DNA of 63,680 nt, filler included, from Salisapilia sapeloensis CBS 127946 (lineage: Eukaryota; Protista; Oomycota): NCBI GenBank assembly GCA_023334545.1. It is 14 parts of 14 records of this genome, joined end to end, with 100 filler letters (N's around TTAATTAATTAA, not from the genome) between each part and the next. Parts side by side here need not be neighbours in the genome. Positions count along the whole stretch, not along the records: positions 8,530 to 12,841 come from JAADVB010000677.1; positions 12,942 to 15,872 come from JAADVB010000813.1; positions 15,973 to 17,270 come from JAADVB010001207.1; positions 17,371 to 19,397 come from JAADVB010000983.1; positions 19,498 to 44,828 come from JAADVB010000252.1; 9 more parts are not named here. One strand, written 5' to 3'. How positions within the stretch are numbered: the stretch's first letter is position 1; the number at the start of each line of letters is the position of its first letter. Position numbers and translations under genes: made by a program. Positions 9,982 to 19,703 of this stretch are shown in pieces. The notes under the pieces are model-generated. The model had not been told where the DNA came from and made no database searches. It was given only the letters and a program-made list of their open reading frames with translations.

Positions 9982-10686
9982 TTACGACTCAAAATGCTGG
10001 ACGTGGAAGTTGATCATGTCGTCCAGAACACTCATGCGAGTGTGGTCGCTTGCACACCCGGAGCTCGCGGGGGAGCTACACGGCGCGACTTCTTCATCCA
10101 GGATGGACGCGAGCATATCGACGTCCTGGAACACTTTTTCCTCCGCGTCGTCCGCAGCAGCCATGACGAGCTCCTGGATGTCGGCTGGCTCAAGCCATCC
10201 CTGACCCTGGTCACCTGCCATAGTGTCCATCGGTTCATCCTTGACGACATCGTGTTGTCTCCCATTAGTGGGGCTTGATGATTTTAGGCTCTCCGGATCG
10301 ATATCCGGGTGGTGCTGCTTCATGTGCCGATTCAAGTTGCCCGTCGTGCTAAACGTCTTGCCACAGCCAAAGACCTTGCAAACTTGGACGTTGCTCCCTA
10401 AGTGAAACTGCATATGCTTTTCGAGTTTGTTGTCACTAGGGAAAACGCAATGGCAGCCTGGTACGGGACACTCGACCGGGTGGACTTCACCATGGAGTCT
10501 CTTGTGGCGCGAGAGATTGCCGGAAGTGGAAAAGCGCTTGCCACACGTCGGGTAGGGACAGACGTGTGGTTTTTCACCCGTGTGGGTCTTCATATGCTCC
10601 ATTAAGGTGTACTTGCGCGTGAAGCTCCGGCCACAGTTTGGCTCTTGGCATATATGTTGTTTGGGGGAAGTCTCGTCGGAACTCAT
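9982..10686 (-). CDS. C2H2 zinc-finger transcription factor (4 fingers)
   Basis: Four CX4C...HX3H fingers with a HTGEKPH linker; likely ATG at 10686 (MSSDETSPK). Confidence 0.92.
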   Translation of the reverse strand: MSSDETSPKQHICQEPNCGRSFTRKYTLMEHMKTHTGEKPHVCPYPTCGKRFSTSGNLSRHKRLHGEVHPVECPVPGCHCVFPSDNKLEKHMQFHLGSNVQVCKVFGCGKTFSTTGNLNRHMKQHHPDIDPESLKSSSPTNGRQHDVVKDEPMDTMAGDQGQGWLEPADIQELVMAAADDAEEKVFQDVDMLASILDEEVAPCSSPASSGCASDHTRMSVLDDMINFHVQHFES

Positions 10687-11753
10687 GAAGTTGAAGATTG
10701 GTCGCCGACGGCGGGGAGGAAGATGCTCAAGCGGAGGCGAGTAGAAGAGTGGGAAAAGTGAAAGTGGGGGTGACGCGCTTTGTTTTTCGAACTGATAGAG
10801 CTCTGGTCGACACGAATAAAGAAGCGGCAATGGCGTGTGCAGCGCAGCCAACTTTTGGGCTGCGACATGCGTGTTGCCGACCGTGAAGAGCCACGAGAGA
10901 GGTAAAAGTGGGCAGGTGGTGTTTTATGTTGCAAAAATGAGCTCGCACGATTTGTGCCTTGGAGCTCGCGCACACTCACGGTACGTTACCAAGAGGGTCT
11001 ATACTGCGGCGCGCAAGACGGCGGCTCCAGCGGCTACTGCGACATGTTGAAGGCACACAAGATACCGAATCGTTAGGCAAGCTGGTCCGCAGCTGCACTG
11101 GAATTCTTCTTATCCTTGCACGCCGTCCATCAGATCGTTTGGCAATGGCGCACTGGAATTGGTCAGCAAGAGACTTTGGCCGTGTTCATGCCAACCGCGG
11201 TGCATATCCACTTAATTGCCTGTCAGATCATGCCGGTGACTAGCCTCAATTTGCTCTGGCCGCTGAACAGAGGCATTGCTAACGGCAGCTGGGGCGCCGC
11301 GTCATCGCCGCGATTTTTAAATCTGTATCCCACGTACCAACTGCCGAGAGAGGGTGGAAGTCTTGTTGTGTCCGATGGTCGAAAACTAAAGCCGTACGAA
11401 GCTGGTACAGCGCTCCATTGGCTGCATCCGCTCTTGTCGCAGCTCATCAAGATCTTACTGCCTTCCTGTGGCGTCAATACGCTCTTGTTTCGCAGATTGA
11501 TCGGAAGCGAGCGAAACCATGCCAAGAGTTTACGTCAAATGAGTCCCGAAAGACTGCATCTTTTACTGCGCTTCCAGAGACACAGATGCTTCGGCTCGTC
11601 CGACCACCTTGACTCGAACTAAATAGGAAGTCTTCAAGCTCCGCGCTGCTGTTCAAGCTTTCTTCTACTCTTCCACTCGACCGGCTCGGGTACCACGAAC
11701 GTCAGTGAATCGACTGACCGCAACGTATAGAGAAACGTACTACTGTACTTGCA

Positions 11754-12785
11754 TTAGCTACTAGGCTGCGAGTAACCGTATACGACTTCAACTTCGCGAT
11801 GACTTCTCCGGATAGCAAGAGGTACCCACCAGCTCCACCGATGTCCCCTGGTCCCACATAGCACACTTAGTCGACGCACCAGGTCGGATTCCGATGCCTC
11901 TTCTGGCATTAGCTGCTTGCCGATCGTCGAGTAGATGTCTTCCAGTAGTATAGTGTACAGTTCCATGGCGAGCATGAGTGTACAAAAAAGTCCAAAGAGC
12001 ACGCTCGCAGCCAATATCCAGATTCCCTTCCGACCTGGGAACGCATCTGATTCGTAAGAACAGACTCGGCCGGTAAAGCGGCAGTGGAAATATTGGAATG
12101 ACAAGAGTAGGATCGTATGGATGCTTGCGACGGACGCATACAGTAGGAGCAATAAAAAGTGTTTATGGTTGCCAATGCCGACACAGTTATTCACCCACGG
12201 GCTGTGTGTGCCGCAATTCGTCAGATGATGCAAAGGGAAACGTTAACAAAGAGGTATACCAGTGATGATCGAGGAGCACGACGCACTTTTGGCACGTGTG
12301 GCAGTGCTGGGCGCTATCAAGTATCAGATACGAGTTTTCGACGTGTATTTTGATAGGAAATACCGTTGGGGTCGAAATAAGTCGCAATTATCACAAAAGA
12401 CGAGCAAGGAGCCGTCATCAGTGGACTCTTCGAGCTCCGCGAGTGACATCTCGGCCTCTGCTTCAGTACTGTCCTCCTCGCTGCTATCGTCGCTATAAGG
12501 ATCCGCTTTGCCTTTGTCGGTATGTCTCTTTCGACGTGGATGAATAACCCCTGCATTTGTCGTCATGGTTGCAAAGTGTGCCCATGCACAGAGGAATAGT
12601 AGCGTGACGGAATTAGCTTGTAAAATCACGCTAGCGACCGAGTACGGACCGAGCCATTCGCGAATAAGACTTACGAGCGCCACGAGGAGGAATACCATCA
12701 CTGTGTAGGCCAATGAAGCAACGAGGATCCCTGCTGGATCTAGCAATATGTGCATCTCGGCTCTAGAGAGGCATATCTTGCTCAT
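11754..12785 (-). CDS. DHHC palmitoyltransferase, 3 exons
   Basis: Spliced cysteine-rich domain CDNCDLFRPQR|AQHCHTCQKCVVLLDHH|CPWVNNCVGIGNHKHF; two GT-AG introns, the second splits the DHHC Cys codon; four TM segments. Confidence 0.92.
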
Positions 12786-12941
12786 GCTTCCGTGTTCCGT
12801 GTAAATGGCACGCTTTCGGTACGCCGTCGGCCTTGGTGTGGNNNNNNNNNNNNNNNNNNNNNNNNNNNNNNNNNNNNNNNNNNNNTTAATTAATTAANNN
12901 NNNNNNNNNNNNNNNNNNNNNNNNNNNNNNNNNNNNNNNNN

Positions 12942-13082
12942 GGGTCGTCTGGCTGAGCACCAGACGCTGGTGTCCCTAGCAGACCGTCCAGAGTGCCTTC
13001 CAGACACACCCGATGAAAGAGGAAGAGACACGTACAATAGCAGGAACGAGAAAGAGTGACGATAGTAGAGTACAACGGAGGA
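12942..13082 (+). repeat. 141-bp terminal inverted repeat of contig 12942-15872 (partner 15732-15872)
   Basis: Exact reverse complement over 141 nt, then divergence. Confidence 0.95.
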
Positions 13083-13102
13083 AGAGTTAACCCATTTTAC
13101 AT

Positions 13103-14253
13103 CTAGGTTGCTTGCGTTGTCGGTATACTAGCAGGTCGAAGTGCATTTCTCATTTCATGATGTAGAGAGTCCAGCCAAGCGTCAATACTTTCAGTTATGC
13201 TCACCCAGGTCTGCGATCCGACGTCAAATTTCGGCCGATGCACCTTGATGTTTGCCCACCACGTCACTGCCATTTCTTTCCGTCCTGTACCTCCAGTCCG
13301 TTCGCTTTGACTGGACAACTTAAAGATGACACTCACATCCTTCCGCGCTCTATCTTCTCCCTGAAACGGATGCAAATCATCTTCATCGACATAGTCGTTC
13401 GTGATGAGTCCGTATTCTCCTGTAAAGTTCGGATGATCTACAGGCCTGAACTCGGAAAAGATGACCGAGTTCGATTCAAACGTGATGCCATACTTGGTCG
13501 ACGTCACGAGTCGGTTCTGAACAATGTCCGGGTCGTCACTATCTGCATCCTCCCTGAACGTCATGCTCCCAAGAGTGTCGGACATGTTGACTTCAATGTT
13601 AAAGAGCAGTTGCTTGAGACCAATGTGCACCTCATACGGCGGTTGATTCGCTTGGACGAACATGACACCTGTACGAGACGCTAGGAACTCTTTTTGCGTC
13701 GTCTCGAAGCGATTATCCTCCGAGTAGTCTCGATTGACATGCGGGACGTGACAGCGTTTAGCTAGAAAGTCACGAGCGTAGGCTAGTCGGGATGCTTTGA
13801 TACTACGAAGGGTACGTCTACGCTCCGTTGGGTCTTTTGTGAGATGGATGTAGCTCGTTTTAAACGGGTTGTGATGCTGTAGACTCTGTGCATCGCGTTA
13901 TGAATGTGGTATCGAGTGCTTCTGGACGTGTACGTACAGCATACTGAGAGAAAATGGATCGAGCGCCTTCGAGGAACAGGTCTGAGTAGTGGCAGTTGTA
14001 CTGGAGCTGCGTGGTGTCTGTAAGCATTTGGTCTAGACTTGGCATGTGACGGTCATCTCGACTGTCAGATTGGGCCTCGAGCCAAGCCAATTGACCCTCT
14101 AGTCTCTCCTTTTGTTGCTGTAGATCGTCAATCTCTATCTAGGAACTATCATAACCATTGTGTTCTGTATATTTGCCATTCAATATATACTCTTCGCTTG
14201 GTATTCGTGGCCAACACCTTCTTCCGTTTGTGTTTGCCATTGTCATCAGCCAT
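13103..14253 (-). CDS. Oomycete M96/bZIP-like family protein, 3 exons (paralog A)
   Basis: Spliced model MADDNGKHKRKKVLATNTKRR|IEIDDLQQQKERLEGQL...SIFSQYA|SLQHHNPFKTSYIHLTKDPTERRRTL...; IHL...R...L..A..FL..R and NRLVTS motifs. Confidence 0.75.
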
Positions 14254-14495
14254 GCTTAATTGCTACAAGTCTCGATGGCTTAACTTTATCTCTCTCAGTA
14301 TTACTGCAATACCACATGAAAGATGTAGTGTATGTCCAAAAGTATCAAGTAGCACCATGTACCTCGTCACTTGGATAGGGAGAGGAGTCTGAAGCAGACG
14401 CTCGAGTCTTGGCAAGCTTACTATCGAGATGATGTTATCGAGTTTACCTAGAATGCCCCATAGAAAAATCAAATAGTTAAACAGCGCCTGGAGTC

Positions 14496-15649
14496 ATGGG
14501 ACGAGTGAAGCAAGAGGCAGAGTCGGACGACACATCTAGTAGAGCTAAACCGAGCAAGAAGCTAGCACGTAGAGGCACTCATGTCCTTCGCAAAGTAACT
14601 ACCATTCAATCGGATTCGATTGTAATTATATATATATCTAACATGGAGACTTGAGTAGGAAGAACGAGAGCAATTGACGGTCCAATTGGCACAGCTCGAG
14701 TCGGAAAAGGAACATTTGAAGCAGCGAAAGCTCATGCGACCTGACTTTGTCGGTCAGAACGAAAGCCAGCAACAGGTCATTCGAAGACTATTGCAGGAAG
14801 AAATACAGAATTTTCAACAAGCTCTCGCAGGTGGCCAAGCACTCTTCTCAGAATACCTCGTACGTCCTCCATCACCTCTTCACACTACCATCCAGTACGT
14901 ACTTATCCTTTCTACAGCATTCTCTAGCAGACACGCCACTCCACTGTCGCATCCACTTGAGACAGAGCTCTCGAGAGCGTCGACAGACATGTACATCCCT
15001 CCAACCTCTCCTCCTGGACTCTGCCAAAAAGTTTATGGAGGCCAGACTAGGACAAATTGACGTCACGAGAACGTTTGGTGAGTCCCAACGCTTCGACACG
15101 GACGCTGGAGATGTCTTCAGCTCCCAGTGCTTTGTAGACAAGTTCGAGGCCGTCGCGAGTCTACGACAGGTGTACGACACTTTTGTCTACTTTCTATCGA
15201 ACGCCGAGATCTGCATGTCCGAGACGCTTGGGCTCATTACGATACGAGAAGATGATGATAATTATCAGGATAGCGTACGACAGAATCGACTCGTGAGCTC
15301 CACGAGGAACGGAGAGAAGCTCGAGTCAAACCTGCTCATCTTCTCCGAGATCGACGAAAGGAACAACTCGGCTATTATCGTAACAAAGAGCGTTGATCAG
15401 GACGACCTGCTGCCGTATCAACCTGACAAACGCGTACGACGCGACCTGGATGCCATCTACCAGCTCTCGACAAGGTACATTGGCGGCAATTTTGTCGCTA
15501 TCCTTAAGCGATGGACGCATTGTAGACTCTTCTGTCCGAGTATTCCGATCTCCCGGAGCGCATGGCAAGCCATGGCAGATAGCACGGACGGATGGGTCGA
15601 GATGATTATTGATGAGATCTACAATCGAGTTGGATCACGCGCGCAGTGA
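14496..15649 (+). CDS. Oomycete M96/bZIP-like family protein, 3 exons (paralog B)
   Basis: MGRVKQE...RRGTHVLRK|EEREQLTVQLAQLESEKEHL...; CRIHLRQSSRERRQ...AKKFMEARL, NRLVSS, PYQPDKRVRRD. Confidence 0.75.
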
Positions 15650-15973
15650 CGGATGCTGCAGTTTCATATGTAAGACGACCGCTTTACTACTCCCTATGCC
15701 ATTGACAACTTTTACGAAATGTGATCTTGTATCCTCCGTTGTACTCTACTATCGTCACTCTTTCTCGTTCCTGCTATTGTACGTGTCTCTTCCTCTTTCA
15801 TCGGGTGTGTCTGGAAGGCACTCTGGACGGTCTGCTAGGGACACCAGCGTCTGGTGCTCAGCCAGACGACCCNNNNNNNNNNNNNNNNNNNNNNNNNNNN
15901 NNNNNNNNNNNNNNNNTTAATTAATTAANNNNNNNNNNNNNNNNNNNNNNNNNNNNNNNNNNNNNNNNNNNNC

Positions 15974-17270
15974 ATGACGACACAGTGGACAGCGGACGCA
16001 TACCAAGGCTTCTCCCTCTCGGAGGCAAAAAAGGCTGACTGCAAGCGCATCGCGATGATACTCGTTCATGAAGCACTCAGACATTATCAAAAGTTTGATC
16101 AATCAGTACCTCGGAAAATGGACGATAAACGTTGGAAAGCCATTAAGTCATCTAATAACGTGACCATGTACCGTGAGCGACACCCGTCTCGGCGTGTGGT
16201 GAAAGACTCATATACCGACAGTACTGGATGCCAAATACCTCTTGTTATCGTCGGCAATGGGACAATCTCAAACAATATGGATGATCTCTTATTCGGCCTC
16301 GTGAATGGTGATGAGGCAGCAATCTTGCAAAATGTGAACTACTCTGGACAACCAGTGACGAATGCCCAAATCCTTGAGACGATCGATAAACCAACTCTGG
16401 AACATCCGTATCGTTGTACTGTTCTCCAATGGAATGCTGGTAGTCCAAGCCTAGCACTCCGAGGAGTTGTCAAAGACCGAGATGCCGTTTACATTCGGGC
16501 AACTGGAGTCCTCCAGGTCAATAAGGATGAACGGATTGGGTATAATCTCATGCACTCGGTCGACTTACCTTCTACTCCTCCGCTTGAAGGAAGAAACAGC
16601 ATACGTTCCCGAATTTCGTCTTGTGTCCTTTTCAAGCCCACTTCGGACCAATCGGTTGAAGTGTTCGTCAAAGCATACCATGAAGCATCTGGAAATAACC
16701 TACTCGACTCTATCGGTATCGTTACCTTGGCCGGTGCACTTATGGATAACTGGACATCTGCCCACTGTGCGAAGCAGAAGAAACTTTCGTGGCTCCTTCA
16801 GAGAAAAAATGTGAACAAGAACGATGTCATAAGCTTTATTGGCAACAGCGGGACTGAAAACAAGTCGGAATGTCGGTCCTGTAAAAAGCGCTTTGGTCCC
16901 TTACGGAAAGCTTACTCCTGCACTTTGTGTGATTCAACAATCTGTGGGAAGTGCGTTCTTTCCGATGAGCTACTCGAGGTCATTCCCTCATTAAAGCTAA
17001 TGTCCAAAAAGGTTCGCCTCTGCCCCACTTGCGACCAATTCACCGATCAAGTCAGCTCGTATAAAGTCGCCCGTCAAGAAATTCGAGCTGGACGGTACGA
17101 AAAAGATGGCAGTGGATCTACCGTCGTTGAGCCGTCTAGGATTTCTCAGCTAGAAGAAGAACCGAATGCGTGGTCTGGAAGGGAATCTTGCTCTGGAGAA
17201 GTCTATGAATTTGGTTCGGATCAACTTAGCCCTTCGACTGAAGGTTCATTGAACGCCTTCGCCCAGTTCA
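15974..17270 (+). CDS. Oomycete START-like + FYVE-like zinc-finger protein, 3' truncated
   Basis: KRWKAIK, MDDLLFGL, RDAVYIRATG, IGYNLMHSVDLP, then CRSCKKRF..R....CTLC....CGKC...LCPTC. Confidence 0.85.
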
Positions 17271-17433
17271 NNNNNNNNNNNNNNNNNNNNNNNNNNNNNN
17301 NNNNNNNNNNNNNNTTAATTAATTAANNNNNNNNNNNNNNNNNNNNNNNNNNNNNNNNNNNNNNNNNNNNCCAGCGAGCTCTCATGAGGCAAGGGATGAC
17401 ATGTAGAGACTCTGGACCATCTCATTAGGCACT

Positions 17434-18219
17434 TTGGAGTGCGTTCTATCCATAGATACTAAAATTGGAATCTTGAAAAACAAAGGTTTTGGTGGTCGAC
17501 TCGATCGCTACCTCGTAGTTTTGGTACAAGAACCCAAGGAGCTATGGAGTATGCCGATTGGTATAACTCCTTATCAACAGTGGTTTTGGTTCAGGTTGAC
17601 GAATCACCAGCTCAACCTTCACCATGCAAATGAGGGGTCCCCACGGAAATGCCAATATGATGTATGTCGGGACTTGAAAGAGTCCACGCAGCATCTATTG
17701 TGGGAATGCAAAGTCATCAGACCAGTCTGGAGGCACTGGTGTGAAATGTGGGGGTTGACAGAGGCCAACATTCTGTCTGAAGAGCAGTTGCATTACTATG
17801 TATGGCAAAGACAACTGCCTCCTCCACCCAAGAACTTGGTTCAAAAGGTACGAGAATATGCAGGAATGACAACGCAGGAGCACTATCACGCCATGACACA
17901 TGTATGGAAAGCGGGATGCACAATAATCGCAGCGCAAGGATGGCGACAAAGGAATGATCGAGTTTTTGGAAATACAGACTGGAAAGGCCGACCAGCTACA
18001 CTGATAATCTGGCAGCGAGCCATTAATCAACTGGAAGCAACTGGAAGGGGTTCCAGATGGAACGAACAAGATCTGTTAGCAGCAACAAGCTACAGAGATA
18101 TTACATGGGCCTTACGTCAAACGCCATTTCAAATTGAAGGGTCCAAGTCACAAGAGAAACGGAACACACATCTGTCCTCGGGCAGGAGAATCCAATTGGA
18201 TTCCAGAGAGTTTAATTAA
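17434..18219 (+). mobile_element. Degenerate non-LTR retrotransposon (L1/Tx1-like) ORF2 3' fragment with zf-RVT domain
   Basis: WFWFRL...CQYDVC...ESTQHLLWEC...VW and W..RNDRVF; stops upstream in all frames; no RT core visible. Confidence 0.72.
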
Positions 18220-18732
18220 ATAAATTCTTTGTTCAAAAACGAAAAGATCGCTACTTACCGTCCTGGTGCTCCAGTATTCGATTGACCCGCGCGTGAGCGA
18301 GGGCAAACAAAAATCTAGCGTCCAGAATTCGCAACATTTTCCTAACACTCAGCGTTGTTGCTTATAGTGACTAGGTTTTGTATGCCTCCGACCAACAAAG
18401 CGACCCACGCAACATCCCCGAGCGAGAACTACGAGGTAGAGCAAGTCTGTGCGGAATGTGCATACATCATACTACGTATGAGCAAAATTCAGACCGTATT
18501 CGTTGAGTAGATAACCGGGTATTATGCAAGGAGCATAAGGTACTATGAAAATAAACACACAAACACTGTAATAGAGATTAAGGCCAACTCTTTGGTGGTT
18601 CGTCTAACTTTTGCGTTAATATATACCTTCCCTTTCCTACCAATGTGTATCGTCCGTCCCTCTGTCATGCTTTGGCGGGAATAGCACGGTGCATATCGTG
18701 GGTTATCGCCGGAAGTCTAGGTTGAAGTTGCA

Positions 18733-18882
18733 TTCGATGTACTTGCGCTATTGAGCTCCTCGCCAATTCAGTGGGACGTTGTACAGTGTGGTTCACAAAT
18801 TTCTCTAAACTATTTCGTCCAACATTGTACCTCGCCTATTCCGAAATAATAGCGAAGAGCTCACTAGCGCAAGTAAATCGAA
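18733..18882. repeat. Imperfect inverted repeat (about 31-bp arms, 150 bp span)
   Basis: TTCGATGTACTTGCGCTATTGAGCTCCTCGC vs reverse complement of the right arm TTCGATTTACTTGCGCTAGTGAGCTCTTCGC (28/31). Confidence 0.8.
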
Positions 18883-19497
18883 GAGCTTACCGAGCCTTTC
18901 GCGCGTTTAATTAATTTGCACATGTCGAGCACCATGCATGCCTTGAAGGCTTCTCGAAGCGTATTTCATCCCGATTGCATCAGAGACGAAAGATCACTTG
19001 CTCTTGTACTCCTCGTTTGGTGGGAAAGCTGTGTTGAAGTGTTTCGCTAGGTTTCCAATGGCAAGTCGCAAAACAAATCGGCTATTCTCAGCAAACGCGG
19101 AATTGCCCAAGTCGATTATCATAAATAAAATGATAAAAAGCAAACCCCCAATATTGCCGATTCGGCAATCATCCTGAACACATCCATACTTTTTGTATCC
19201 AGAGTCAAGTATCTTTGTATGCGCATGTAGTGAAGAGATAGTGCCAAGTTACATTATGCAGCCAACTTGCAGACACGGATGAACACACATTGAATAATGG
19301 CAGCCGGACTGTTTCATGAATCGTTTCATGCTGCAAGAGTTTCATCGGGCTGGCAGCCACCGTTTGCATAAATGCTAAAAATACTTTCACCCTATTCNNN
19401 NNNNNNNNNNNNNNNNNNNNNNNNNNNNNNNNNNNNNNNNNTTAATTAATTAANNNNNNNNNNNNNNNNNNNNNNNNNNNNNNNNNNNNNNNNNNNN

Positions 19498-19638
19498 AAT
19501 GCGGTTACCATCGACGTCGGGGCTTGAGATGCGATCAAGCTACACCCAGACGGCCTTCAGTTCACGCCGCGCTCTGCGCGCCTTCCATGCGACACAACCG
19601 AGCGTCAACCCACTCGGTGCGATAGTTGGGTGGGTACA
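19498..19638 (+). repeat. 141-bp contig-start overlap identical to the end of another contig (49124-49264)
   Basis: Same orientation, identical over exactly 141 nt. Confidence 0.95.
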
Positions 19639-19703
19639 CAAGATACTTTGACGACCAAGGTGGGATGGACAAAATTTCACAGATCTGATTTGGTTTAGAC
19701 GAT

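Noticed and set aside
11116-11622. 168-aa + ORF and overlapping minus ORFs between the C2H2 and DHHC genes
   Set aside because: No recognisable motif, atypical composition, and no consistent splice model.
2469-15872. TIR-bounded contigs as linear plasmids, Polintons/Mavericks, nanochromosomes or complete DNA transposons
   Set aside because: No transposase, integrase, protein-primed polymerase or capsid gene. The repeats cut through ordinary host genes, and all exact matches stop at 141 nt, the same as the plain contig overlap at 49124/19498.
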